From the IMG/VR virus record IMGVR_UViG_3300021185_004515: 64,000 nucleotides of DNA; one strand, 5' to 3'. This stretch comes from an uncultured virus (IMG/VR IMGVR_UViG_3300021185_004515). Taxonomy: Duplodnaviria > Heunggongvirae > Uroviricota > Caudoviricetes. Shown here piece after piece: positions 49,570 through 58,626 of the stretch (the stretch's first letter is position 1; every line of letters begins with the position of its first letter). The notes beneath the pieces are model-generated. The model was not told where the DNA came from and searched no databases. It was given only the letters and a program-made list of their open reading frames with translations. The position numbers and the translations under genes are program-made.

Positions 49570-50034
49570 TTAACTCCAGAGTTGAGCCAGATTTTCGTAA
49601 CAGGAATTTATGGTCTCTGGATTGGGATTAGCAACTTCGGGCATCATGGATTCTAAGGATTCAATCGTTCGGAAAATTTGCCTCCATTTGAGTTCTCGCA
49701 TTTTGTCATAAATGCCTCGTTCTTCGGCTCGGTCTTCGTATCCTTTTTGAACCAAATACTTTTCCAAGGCCAAGACATCTAATCTCCATCGGATTCCACC
49801 TTTTCGGTCTTTGGCTTGAGCGTGTCGGAAACAAGGTCGGTTACGCAAAATACCCACTACTTCACGAGAAGTATAACGGCGAGGTTTGTAATCTACCATG
49901 TAAGATGAAATTTGAGTGGAATAGCCATAGCCTTCGTGTTCTAACAAATAATCTACTATGTCTAAAACCAGTGTTTCCGTAAGCGGGAGAGGTCGTCTTT
50001 TAGAACGAGGTTTTTCTTCGGGAACTTCACTCAT
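49570..50034 (-). CDS. Putative winged-helix DNA-binding protein
   Basis: IVDYLLEHEG..STQISSYM..YTSREVVGILR..IRWRL pattern. Confidence 0.55.
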   Translation of the reverse strand: MSEVPEEKPRSKRRPLPLTETLVLDIVDYLLEHEGYGYSTQISSYMVDYKPRRYTSREVVGILRNRPCFRHAQAKDRKGGIRWRLDVLALEKYLVQKGYEDRAEERGIYDKMRELKWRQIFRTIESLESMMPEVANPNPETINSCYENLAQLWS

Positions 50035-50152
50035 CCTTTTTGCCCCCGTGTTGGTTGAAACCCTTTCTATTTCCACACTCAGGGCATTTAAGAGGACGAT
50101 ATGTGCGTGTCATGAAATGACCGCAATTCGCACATGACCATCCATCCAAAGG

Positions 50153-50581
50153 TCACTCCTCCGAATCTTTGCCATAAATAACTGGGACATCCATAGGTTC
50201 GTCGGGCAAATCAAGAGCATTACGAACCATATTGGCTTTATCTTTATCATATTCTTCACGGGCTTCTTCTAAAGTTAGACCTCGTGCTTTGCAATCCATA
50301 ATGTATTGTTTCTTGTTTTGCTCAAAACTCATGAGTGCCATAATGTTAGCGATTGATTCATCAATTTGTGTGTCATCTTCGGAAGCGGGTCGTGAAAACA
50401 ACTCATCAACTTCTCTTCGGAGAGAATCGTGGGTTGCACCGCCACCCACAGGAACGAATTCTTCTATATCATCATCTCGGACTGCACCAATAGCACCTTC
50501 GGAGATTCTTTCAATCATTTCTTCGGCTTGGCTACGAGTAACTGGAAAACCTGCTCTTTCCCAATATCTTACTTCGGACAT
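50153..50581 (-). CDS. Acidic helical hypothetical protein
   Basis: TATA at 50604. Confidence 0.7.
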   Translation of the reverse strand: MSEVRYWERAGFPVTRSQAEEMIERISEGAIGAVRDDDIEEFVPVGGGATHDSLRREVDELFSRPASEDDTQIDESIANIMALMSFEQNKKQYIMDCKARGLTLEEAREEYDKDKANMVRNALDLPDEPMDVPVIYGKDSEE

Positions 50582-50597
50582 AATCTATATGTCTGTC

Positions 50598-50777
50598 TTA
50601 TCCTATTTGAATGTTCTGTCCAACTGAATGCACTTGCCGCCTTAAATATATGGCTTCAGCAATTTCCTTAGCATCTGTATTGAGTTTGCCTGAAATGTAA
50701 AATGAGTAGCCTTGGGACTGACGAATTTCAATAATGTGCCTAAAATCATAGACCCATGAGGGAATATCAACGCTCAT
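50598..50777 (-). CDS. Small hypothetical protein
   Basis: Fills gap, GGTGG SD. Confidence 0.45.
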   Translation of the reverse strand: MSVDIPSWVYDFRHIIEIRQSQGYSFYISGKLNTDAKEIAEAIYLRRQVHSVGQNIQIG

Positions 50778-51141
50778 ACAATATCCACCCACCTGCTAAG
50801 TTTTGATTTTTAGCAGAAAAAAGTCTACCTGTGCGATACCCGTTTTTGGAACGGACTGAATCAGAAATGAGTCGTCCCCGACATTCTAATCCCCATGGTG
50901 GGGCAGAAAACTCCGTTCTTATCCGAAAAGTTTCGGATTCAGTAAAATCAAGGGGAGTGACTTGCATAGTTCCTGTGGAAGCATCCCATTTTAATTCTGC
51001 AATAACCAAATGCAATCCTGTGCCTGATGATGAAATACGATACCAGACTCGTAGCGGATAACGAGCCGACAATTCATTGATGGCGGTTTCAACTATTGGG
51101 TCAGTAATGGAAACATCATCCCAATCAAATGTCAGCCACAT
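50767..51141 (-). CDS. Minimal archaeo-eukaryotic primase (AEP)-like protein
   Basis: TFDWDD (DxD) and RISSSGTGLHLV (SxSGxGxH) motifs; TATA at 51165. Confidence 0.55.
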   Translation of the reverse strand: MWLTFDWDDVSITDPIVETAINELSARYPLRVWYRISSSGTGLHLVIAELKWDASTGTMQVTPLDFTESETFRIRTEFSAPPWGLECRGRLISDSVRSKNGYRTGRLFSAKNQNLAGGWILYER

Positions 51142-51183
51142 AGAAAATCTATGCTGCTACTTTCTATTTAAGCATTCACAATC

Positions 51184-51792
51184 TCAAAAAGATTGTTGTG
51201 AACTTGATGATGGGTCAGTAAGACAAAACCCTGACATATCTGGCTGGTAAGAAAATGGGGTGTAGTTGGGGTCAGTTTCAGCCTCTTGGGTTTCAGTGGT
51301 TTCAAAAACCCACGCATAATCGGCGGAAATTGGATTCGGAGGTGTGGTAGCGTCTTGAGCCACAGTTTCGTAGTCGGTAATCCAAGCGTCGTGGTCCAGC
51401 GTATCATCACTACGATACTTTTGTTGTGTGGCCGCAGGTTGGCTTCGTAGACATCGTCCATCCTGTGCTTGACGGGAAGAACCTTCAACTGCATTACAAA
51501 GCAATTCACTAATGACAATATCTTTGGATTCATCGGAAACATCAACTGCATCTCCGTCGGCCTCATAGACATAGACACCGCCAACCAAAACAGCATTGTT
51601 AGTAGGTGCTTCGGTGGTAGAAAGTGCTACGCAGGAATTTTCATCATCTGGGTCGGCATAATATCCTTCCATACAGGTGCATTCTCCATCAACACGCTCC
51701 ATATTAGAGTCGGGACAATGGATTTTAGTATAGTAGTATCCCATTCCGAGTCCAATAACTCCAATGGTGGCTATCAAGGGCGTAGCGTTCAT
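51184..51792 (-). CDS. N-anchored protein with EGF-like Cys motif
   Basis: N-terminal TM; CPDSN..ECTCMEGY..C; TATA at 51815. Confidence 0.72.
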   Translation of the reverse strand: MNATPLIATIGVIGLGMGYYYTKIHCPDSNMERVDGECTCMEGYYADPDDENSCVALSTTEAPTNNAVLVGGVYVYEADGDAVDVSDESKDIVISELLCNAVEGSSRQAQDGRCLRSQPAATQQKYRSDDTLDHDAWITDYETVAQDATTPPNPISADYAWVFETTETQEAETDPNYTPFSYQPDMSGFCLTDPSSSSQQSF

Positions 51793-51800
51793 ACTATTAT

Positions 51801-51944
51801 CTAATCGTTTTCGCTATTTAAGTTTTGCGAAACAAACCTGGTGATTACAGGATTACGGATGGCAATAAACCACCAAACAAAATAGAGGCTTGCTAATGAT
51901 AATGTGGTTAGCCAAGCCAAAATAAACCAAATAATTAGTTCCAA
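51801..51944 (-). CDS. 47-aa single-TM protein (not in ORF track)
   Basis: TTG start after GGAGTGA; ELIIWFILAWLTTLSLASLYFVWWFIAIR; directly downstream of the ArsA/GET3 gene. Confidence 0.55.
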   Translation of the reverse strand: MELIIWFILAWLTTLSLASLYFVWWFIAIRNPVITRFVSQNLNSEND

Positions 51945-53122
51945 CTTAGTTTCACTCCTGCGGAGACTTTACGACGAGTGGGCTTTCCTGCGTCGGCGGG
52001 AAGTGGGACTTGATAATGAGGCGAACTGCCACCCATGTTAAAGTCCTCCCAACGATACAAAGATTCTTGCTCATTGATTTTCCACTTGGCTGAGTCCAAA
52101 AATGGGACTGAGATGGTGACTGACTTATCACCTGTTATCAATGATTTTTTGGGAGCAAAAGAGATTCCTTTTGAATTCCAGAGAATTTTAGCGTAATCAA
52201 CCAACTTGGCACCACGAGGTTCGTATGGCAAACGAGAAACGCCTACTAATCGGATGTTGTGAGAGGCACAGATTTCTTGATATTTGATAAGATAAGGTTG
52301 CTGAATGTCGTATTCGCACTTGATTAACTGAGTCGCAGGATTGGGATTATCTCCTTCAGCGGCTTCCCAAGTAGTGGGTCCGAAATTAGGGATGATATTA
52401 TTTACCACTATGTTGTGAACCTTAATTTTCTGAGACTCTAAAAATCGGATAGTTCGGTAGCATTCTTGAAGTCCTGCTTCGGAGGCAATAGATACTAAAT
52501 TAACACTGACCCACTCGCTACGAAGTAAGGCTTTCAGACGGTCTATTTTATCACAAACCTCTTCCAATAAATTGGCTAATTTTTCTGCGGTTTTGTCACG
52601 GCGGAACAAAACGCCTTTGAAATTCTCAATCTTGGCTTTCATACGCAAAATCTTGAGCAAAAAGGTTTTAATATAGTCGGGGGCTGTTAAAGCACGAAGC
52701 GTGTGTCCTGTGGGGGCTGTATCAAATACCACTACATCATAGTCACAAGATTGGGTTAATCGCAGAATCTCTTCTAAAGCAAAGTATTCATCCATTCCTG
52801 GAAATCCTGCCATGTCAGAAAACAGTTCGGAATCCAAACCAGGCAACATTTTAGAGAATGTTTCAGCGGTGGCTTGATTCAAAGTGTCCGTAAAATTAAG
52901 AGCCATGCGTTCTGCATCTATGTTTTTAGCCCAAAAATTAGGAGCAATTTGAACTTCAGTCGGACCGACGGCTACTCCTAATGTGTCATCAGTGCTATGG
53001 GCTGGGTCAGAAGATACCAGAATTGTTCGGTAGCCTTGAGAGGCTAAATGTTGGGCTGATGCAGCGGAAACGGTAGACTTACCGACACCACCCTTGCCTG
53101 TATAAAGTAACAGTTGAGCCAT
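51935..53122 (-). CDS. ArsA/GET3 (TRC40)-family ATPase
   Basis: Deviant Walker A GKGGVGKST, SSDPAHS, FPGMDE, DTAPTGHT; single ATPase domain; no ars genes nearby. Confidence 0.92.
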   Translation of the reverse strand: MAQLLLYTGKGGVGKSTVSAASAQHLASQGYRTILVSSDPAHSTDDTLGVAVGPTEVQIAPNFWAKNIDAERMALNFTDTLNQATAETFSKMLPGLDSELFSDMAGFPGMDEYFALEEILRLTQSCDYDVVVFDTAPTGHTLRALTAPDYIKTFLLKILRMKAKIENFKGVLFRRDKTAEKLANLLEEVCDKIDRLKALLRSEWVSVNLVSIASEAGLQECYRTIRFLESQKIKVHNIVVNNIIPNFGPTTWEAAEGDNPNPATQLIKCEYDIQQPYLIKYQEICASHNIRLVGVSRLPYEPRGAKLVDYAKILWNSKGISFAPKKSLITGDKSVTISVPFLDSAKWKINEQESLYRWEDFNMGGSSPHYQVPLPADAGKPTRRKVSAGVKLSWN

Positions 53123-53140
53123 AACTTGACTTTGTTATTG

Positions 53141-53155
53141 TTGCTATTTGAATCT
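53141..53155 (-). promoter_or_regulatory. Variant promoter (GATTCAAATAGCAA) of the ArsA/GET3 gene
   Basis: TATA variant 22 nt upstream of ATG 53122. Confidence 0.75.
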
Positions 53156-53157
53156 TC

Positions 53158-53571
53158 TTAAGCCCATTTCATCACGAAATCGTCTGACAAAACCTTGGTA
53201 TCGTCAGCAATAATCCAGTTTTCAATAAAGTCTCCTCGGATAATAACTGTGTAAAAAGTCCCATAAATTACTGAGGCTAATTCTGCTGGGTAAAAACTGG
53301 CGGACAATGAAAACAACAAAACTCGGTCCTCTTCATAGGCACTATCCTCAATTTTTATATTGATGCCTTCGCCAATGTAGGGTCCTGAATAGATAACTTC
53401 AGAATCCATACAGACAAAGATGTGAAAATAGTCTGCATATTGGGTTTCTTCAGGGGCTATCAAAATTTCTGTGAGTTGAACTCCCGCAGGTATTTTTGCA
53501 GAAGTCATAACCAACAGGTCTTCGGTTGAACTAACGGTCATGCGGCGTTCGTATTCTGACATGGTTCTCAT
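53158..53571 (-). CDS. Small beta-rich protein (possible jelly-roll minor capsid protein)
   Basis: Alternating hydrophobic strands; TATA at 53592. Confidence 0.55.
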   Translation of the reverse strand: MRTMSEYERRMTVSSTEDLLVMTSAKIPAGVQLTEILIAPEETQYADYFHIFVCMDSEVIYSGPYIGEGINIKIEDSAYEEDRVLLFSLSASFYPAELASVIYGTFYTVIIRGDFIENWIIADDTKVLSDDFVMKWA

Positions 53572-53616
53572 GTATAATTTCATTTATTTACTATTTAAGT
53601 TTTTAGCCTTCCTGCA

Positions 53617-56457
53617 TCATGATTTGTCGGATTCTTCTGTTTCTGGGTCTTCATTTTCCTTTTTTCGGCGTTCTAATGGCGTTTCTTTTCTGGGAACTGA
53701 ACTACCATACAAAGTTTCATCTTCCAGCCATTGAGCGTCTGAGGAAATTTGTCGTTTCAGTTGAGAATCTTGGTCAGGGAAGGCACTCATGTTTTTCAGA
53801 TTTCTCTCTATAAAATCATCTTCTATGAAATCGTGATTAGAAACCACAAATTCGCCTTGCAGAATTTCTTCCAATCCATTAGCAATAGCCGATTGTTGGC
53901 TACGACGACGGCGTAATCTTCCTTGTCGCTCCTTGTCAATCAACATTTTACGATATTCGGCTTGTTGAGCATCAATCCAGGCTTCAACTTCTTCATTACT
54001 CATGTTCAAAACATCGCCATTAAGGATTTTTCGCTTATACCATTCCACATTTTCTACGGTTACACGAAGTCCCAATTCTTGGATAACCACGGCAACCAAC
54101 GAATCAATGTTATCGTATAACAGATAATCAATCCAGACTCGTGCCGTTCTTCCTGTGGAACCTTGAAGTTCAAAAGATTGGAATCCTCTCACAGTTGCTA
54201 TCGTGCCAAGAGGTGTTTCCCAAGGCAGGTCAAGAGATTGAATGGCTCTTTGGCCTAATTGAGTGGTGTCTACGGCTCCACCAAAGAAGCATAGTCCATC
54301 TAAAAACGGAGTCATGTTACGAGGCGTGTAAAAGGCAGATTTAGTGTTGGAATCAACATCAGGAAACTGGTCGGTCTGGTCAAGATAAGCAATTTGGGTG
54401 GCTGGTTGTCGGTCAAAAGCAGAATTGCAACTCATTACTGTGCCTCCTGTGGAGTCTGCATAAGTAAAAACCCATTGGTCACGGTCAGCATCCCAGCCTC
54501 CCGAAACAGGAATTCGGGTGGTAGAGTTGCGGTTCACTTCAATCTCGGCATTCATGGTGGCTCCAAAATTGAAAATATCAGGTCCTGCTGCTGTATCTAC
54601 CACCCATTTATTTGCGATAACATTTCCCGACATTTGCACAGTGCCGAAATCATACATAATGACTTGCGGGCCATTTGCTGAACGATACCCTAAAAATCCA
54701 TAAGCGATGTTAGCGGGCTGTCCTGTGAAGGCGGGTTCATTAGAGGCACCATACTGAATAACATTGGGAGTTTGAAGGCCGCAATAATAACTTATTGGGT
54801 CGGGAGATTGTCCTTGTAATGTCGGGTCAGAACTAAGACGACGCTCCAAATTTTTATCTGGTATGGCTCGCAAAATCTGGAGACCAACATCTGGTTGTTG
54901 CTGTTGAAATTCAAGTTCTTGCAAATCTTTAGCAATTTCTTCATCTTCCTGCGTAAATGTTTTTTGTTGAATTGCTTTGGCATACCATTTATCAGGCAGA
55001 ATGATACCTGCTGCTGTTTCTATGCCACCACCCTTGACTCCAAAAGGCCAAATACCCAATCCCTGAGTCGGAGGTGTCACGAAAACTGTGGTAAGTGAAT
55101 CAAAAACATAGAAAAAGTTGGCAGCGTAAATTTCTCCATTAGTTGAGGCACCGTGCGTAACACGGTCTACGGCAATCAATACTTGGAGCGTAGCAGGGTC
55201 TTGGGTTCCATCTTGGGCAGAAAAACTGGGTGTGATAGCAGTGCCATAAGCACCGTTAAGATTATAGGCAGGAACTGATGCGTCTATCATCCAGTTCAGA
55301 TTCCCCAGTGCAAAAGTCATTACACCGTTAGCAAAAGCCCCGCTTTCTCGTAAGTAATCCCAGCCTGAGAAAAATGGTGTGGTGATGCTGACTGAACCTG
55401 CACCATCTCCATAGGCTACTTCTCCTGTAAAAACACCGAAATTGATGGTGGCATCATAAGGAATTGGGGCAACATTGAGGCAAGCAACATCATGAACTCG
55501 GGTAGGGTAATATCCATTATTGAGTGTGGTGATGTCCACTTGGGTGAAGGTAACAGTGGAAGTATTTGATGACTTGCAAATACTGGATATATCCAGTTTT
55601 CTTGCTGGGGCGCATAATTGAGACGGTAATCCTGTTCCGATATTGGTGGAACCATTGATGGAAATGGTAGAGGATTCATTACGAATAAACTGAATATCGT
55701 ATGCTTTCGCTGTGTTCGTGGGGAGTGTTTCTGAATACTCAATTTCGGGAGAGACAATCTCAAATAGGAGGGTGCTGAACCACGCTGAATAATCTTGTCC
55801 TGTTAGTCCACCCTCTACTGCGGTGTTAATGCGACTATGACCTCCGACAACTAAAGTAAATTGCTGGAGACCTTCATTGACTCTTTTAGCACTATCTAAG
55901 CCATAAACTCCTGGTGTGGAATCGCTGGAAATCCCTGTGAGTCCTGGGTCGCACTCATAAGGCATACGACATAGGTAAGTCCAATATTCATTCTGCCTGT
56001 TAAATGGTTGGTCAATAATAAATCCGTTGTTATCATAACCAGGATTCAACCAATACTTGTCAGAAAATATGGGCGGTTCCTCTCCTGGGTTTTGTTCTTC
56101 AAAATATCTGGCACTCACAAATCCTAAGTTGTGTGCTCTGATTATGGTAATAAAACCATCCCACGCCCATGCTCCTGCTCCTCCGTTCAAATCACTGAAA
56201 AATGCCCGATAACTACCGACCACAATATAATGGTCTTGACAATAAGTGGTGTTACGAATAATGATGTCAAATTCAGAAAAATCTGCATCACTAAATTGAG
56301 GGATGACGATGTCTCCCGCAGGTTTAGTAGAACTCTGACCTTGTCGGTTGCTGTCTGCTGTGAATTTCCATAGTTGTCTATCTCCATCGCTCAATATGTA
56401 TCCCCAATCAGTGAGGCTCTTTAGGGCTTCTACATTTAGATTGTATGCTAACCCCAT
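53617..56457 (-). CDS. Large beta-rich protein carrying the capsid-protein C-terminal motif; possible spike/vertex protein
   Basis: YLLYDNIDSLVAVVIQELGLRVTVENVEWYKRKIL matches the capsid tail YTLYDGPDALIANKLLELGVTINPNNVDWYKRSLI. Confidence 0.7.
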   Translation of the reverse strand: MGLAYNLNVEALKSLTDWGYILSDGDRQLWKFTADSNRQGQSSTKPAGDIVIPQFSDADFSEFDIIIRNTTYCQDHYIVVGSYRAFFSDLNGGAGAWAWDGFITIIRAHNLGFVSARYFEEQNPGEEPPIFSDKYWLNPGYDNNGFIIDQPFNRQNEYWTYLCRMPYECDPGLTGISSDSTPGVYGLDSAKRVNEGLQQFTLVVGGHSRINTAVEGGLTGQDYSAWFSTLLFEIVSPEIEYSETLPTNTAKAYDIQFIRNESSTISINGSTNIGTGLPSQLCAPARKLDISSICKSSNTSTVTFTQVDITTLNNGYYPTRVHDVACLNVAPIPYDATINFGVFTGEVAYGDGAGSVSITTPFFSGWDYLRESGAFANGVMTFALGNLNWMIDASVPAYNLNGAYGTAITPSFSAQDGTQDPATLQVLIAVDRVTHGASTNGEIYAANFFYVFDSLTTVFVTPPTQGLGIWPFGVKGGGIETAAGIILPDKWYAKAIQQKTFTQEDEEIAKDLQELEFQQQQPDVGLQILRAIPDKNLERRLSSDPTLQGQSPDPISYYCGLQTPNVIQYGASNEPAFTGQPANIAYGFLGYRSANGPQVIMYDFGTVQMSGNVIANKWVVDTAAGPDIFNFGATMNAEIEVNRNSTTRIPVSGGWDADRDQWVFTYADSTGGTVMSCNSAFDRQPATQIAYLDQTDQFPDVDSNTKSAFYTPRNMTPFLDGLCFFGGAVDTTQLGQRAIQSLDLPWETPLGTIATVRGFQSFELQGSTGRTARVWIDYLLYDNIDSLVAVVIQELGLRVTVENVEWYKRKILNGDVLNMSNEEVEAWIDAQQAEYRKMLIDKERQGRLRRRRSQQSAIANGLEEILQGEFVVSNHDFIEDDFIERNLKNMSAFPDQDSQLKRQISSDAQWLEDETLYGSSVPRKETPLERRKKENEDPETEESDKS

Positions 56458-56494
56458 ACCTTATTTTAGGGTATGCTGCTATTTCAATCTTCGC

Positions 56495-56977
56495 TTAACT
56501 GGTGGCTGTCCATGATATTCTCGCACCTGTGGGAAAATTCTCAATTGGCTCTACCAAAGCATTAGCGATAAAATAGGTAATATCCCAATCAGTTCCTGGT
56601 GGAATTTCTATTTGCCAACCTGTGGGGTCCATCGGTTGGTCGCTCAAACTGATGGAATAAGGTGCGGCAGTTCCTGATAATCCGACACCTGGGCGGCCAT
56701 CTGGGTCCAAGAAATATGATGTGGTGCCGACAACAAAATTGACATAACCTCCTGGGACCCAATCGTTTCCAATCCCAAATAATCCTGGGGTGGAGCCAAA
56801 GTATTGTAACACGACGAATTCAGTGGCTTTGGTGCGGAGACGGTTCTTGATAGTGGCAGTTCCGATTTTAGAATAAAAGACTGATTGTGGGGTTTTCTCT
56901 AAATCTTCTAATTGTTTAGGAGGGATGTTTCCTAAATCTGCGACTTCCCACTGAAACCCTTGTCTGCGGATAGCCAT
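56495..56977 (-). CDS. Distant paralogue of the capsid protein beta-barrel (minor capsid/penton candidate)
   Basis: TKATEFVV, TTSYFLDPD, GLSGTAAPY, PPGTDWDITY align with capsid protein A. Confidence 0.7.
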   Translation of the reverse strand: MAIRRQGFQWEVADLGNIPPKQLEDLEKTPQSVFYSKIGTATIKNRLRTKATEFVVLQYFGSTPGLFGIGNDWVPGGYVNFVVGTTSYFLDPDGRPGVGLSGTAAPYSISLSDQPMDPTGWQIEIPPGTDWDITYFIANALVEPIENFPTGARISWTATS

Positions 56978-57009
56978 GTTAATTATAGTGTTGGCTTGCT
57001 ATTTCAATC

Positions 57010-57135
57010 TTAGGGAGTGACCCAGTGGTATCCCAGAATTAAAGTTAGGGTGATAGCGGCTCCAACCAATGGTGGGGTAATCCTGCTGCGGCCTTCTGAC
57101 TTTTTGACAACCTTGTTTCCACATCCGCAACCCAT
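57010..57135 (-). CDS. 41-aa tail-anchored peptide (MGCGCG...)
   Basis: GGAG SD; CGC motif; C-terminal TM. Confidence 0.5.
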   Translation of the reverse strand: MGCGCGNKVVKKSEGRSRITPPLVGAAITLTLILGYHWVTP

Positions 57136-57136
57136 G

Positions 57137-57427
57137 TCAATCTCTCCTGAATTTTCGCCATAGTTTCTGACGGAATTGCGTTGGTTGTCCACAAATTTGA
57201 TGGTGCTGTTGTTGTTTTTTGATTTCTACTTTCTGGGCTTCGGCCAGTTCTTGGGAGTCCTTTTCAGTAAGGTGTTTCACCCATTCGGGTGTTTTGGATT
57301 CCGTGGGGATTATTGAAGGTAATTCGGACGGAATCTGAAATTCGGGCAAATGGGAACTACGGAAACGAAGCAATCCTGCAAGCCTTTTTTCTTCGGCTTT
57401 CATCAATTGTTCTAAAGTTGGCTTCAT
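57137..57427 (-). CDS. Hypothetical protein
   Basis: AGGTGG SD; overlapping stop/start. Confidence 0.55.
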   Translation of the reverse strand: MKPTLEQLMKAEEKRLAGLLRFRSSHLPEFQIPSELPSIIPTESKTPEWVKHLTEKDSQELAEAQKVEIKKQQQHHQICGQPTQFRQKLWRKFRRD

Positions 57428-57840
57428 TTTTTCCACCTAATTGATGCAAACAAAGATTTAGGACTAATGCCGACTTCACGAAGAGTTTCAGCATCTGCTT
57501 CTCCTGAGAATACATTGACAATCTCTTTAGCACCCTTGACTTCAACTGGGCTTTGATAACTGGAACCCCAACGAGCAAATTGAATAGTTGATTTGAATCC
57601 AAAATCACTAAATAATCCGCCCCATGCTCGGCTACGAGAGTTGGAAGAAGAATAACGAATGTAAAATTGCAAAATCTTTATCATCTTGGCTTCAAATGAT
57701 GTCATCTCTGGCAATCCTTCACCTTCAGCCGAAAATGTTTCAGTGTCCATCATGCGAGTTATCAATTCATCAGTGAGTGCTTCATACTGAACCACTAATG
57801 CGATAAGGTCATCACGACTCATTTCTGAATATTCACTCAT
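57424..57840 (-). CDS. Hypothetical protein with ETFSAE motif
   Basis: GGAGTGA SD. Confidence 0.65.
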   Translation of the reverse strand: MSEYSEMSRDDLIALVVQYEALTDELITRMMDTETFSAEGEGLPEMTSFEAKMIKILQFYIRYSSSNSRSRAWGGLFSDFGFKSTIQFARWGSSYQSPVEVKGAKEIVNVFSGEADAETLREVGISPKSLFASIRWKK

Positions 57841-57852
57841 AAGGTTCACTCC

Positions 57853-58341
57853 TTACCAAGTGGAAGGCAATAGTTCCGTAGCATTTAGTTGTTTTGCACG
57901 GAGTTTAATGAATTTCTTAGCCTTGGCCTTGTTTGATTTCTTAGCAAGACCCCAAGTTTTAATTGCATTCTTCAAGTCAGACTTGTTGCGGATTGGGAAA
58001 CTACCGTCTTTCAATGCGTGTCCTTTCTTTGCCAAACGCTCTCGTTGGCTTTGAGTAAATTCTGCGGCTGCTACTTCGGTTGTCTCTCCAACTTCTGCAA
58101 TAACCTTGGTGACATCTTCCTTAATCGCTGATGTGGCTTTCTCAGTATCTTTTGAGCCTTTCATTTGGAATGCTTTGACTCCTCCATAAACCATCAATGC
58201 TCCCACAGTAGTCATACCAATTGTATTCCAGTAAGAAACAGAGCGGAATGTTCTAACGGAACGAACTAACAACAGTCCACCAGCAGAAATTCCAATAACT
58301 CCTGCCACGATGTAGGTATTCACTTTAAATTCTTCAGCCAT
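57853..58341 (-). CDS. Two-TM protein with C-terminal DUF6582-like basic module
   Basis: After AAAE: RERLAKKGHALKDGSFPIRNKSDLKNAI...IKLRAKQL..LLPSTW; TATA at 58364. Confidence 0.75.
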   Translation of the reverse strand: MAEEFKVNTYIVAGVIGISAGGLLLVRSVRTFRSVSYWNTIGMTTVGALMVYGGVKAFQMKGSKDTEKATSAIKEDVTKVIAEVGETTEVAAAEFTQSQRERLAKKGHALKDGSFPIRNKSDLKNAIKTWGLAKKSNKAKAKKFIKLRAKQLNATELLPSTW

Positions 58342-58379
58342 ACACTTAAATTAGTGTCGCTGTTATTTAAGTTTTAACA

Positions 58380-58616
58380 TCAGTAGGTGTTAATACCTGC
58401 TTGACGAAGATACAAAAATGCTGTGGCTCCACCTGCAATAATTCCTACGGGTCCTAAAATCTTGCCTACTGTGCTGGATTCTCCTCGCAAAATGTAAGGG
58501 ATAGAATGTGCGGTTTCTGCCACGCCTGTTAGCATCAATGCTAAAGCAGCCGTATATCCAATCAAATGGATGGGTTTTTTCTCTGTTTCGTAGTATATTT
58601 TGGGATAGTTCTTCAT
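58380..58616 (-). CDS. Small two-TM protein
   Basis: Hydrophobic hairpin; GGTGA SD. Confidence 0.65.
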   Translation of the reverse strand: MKNYPKIYYETEKKPIHLIGYTAALALMLTGVAETAHSIPYILRGESSTVGKILGPVGIIAGGATAFLYLRQAGINTY

Positions 58617-58626
58617 ATTTTTCACC

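Noticed and set aside
51168..51596. 142-aa alternative-frame ORF
   Set aside because: Nested in 51184-51792, which has the promoter, TM and Cys motifs
51935..53122. Arsenic-resistance operon
   Set aside because: No arsB/acr3, arsC, arsD or arsR nearby; single ATPase domain
12407..58625. GTG starts in the ORF track (e.g. 12415, 13117, 14844, 21556, 29393, 48175, 57849, 58625)
   Set aside because: The GTG is part of the GGTGA/GTGA Shine-Dalgarno site; the downstream ATG is the likelier start
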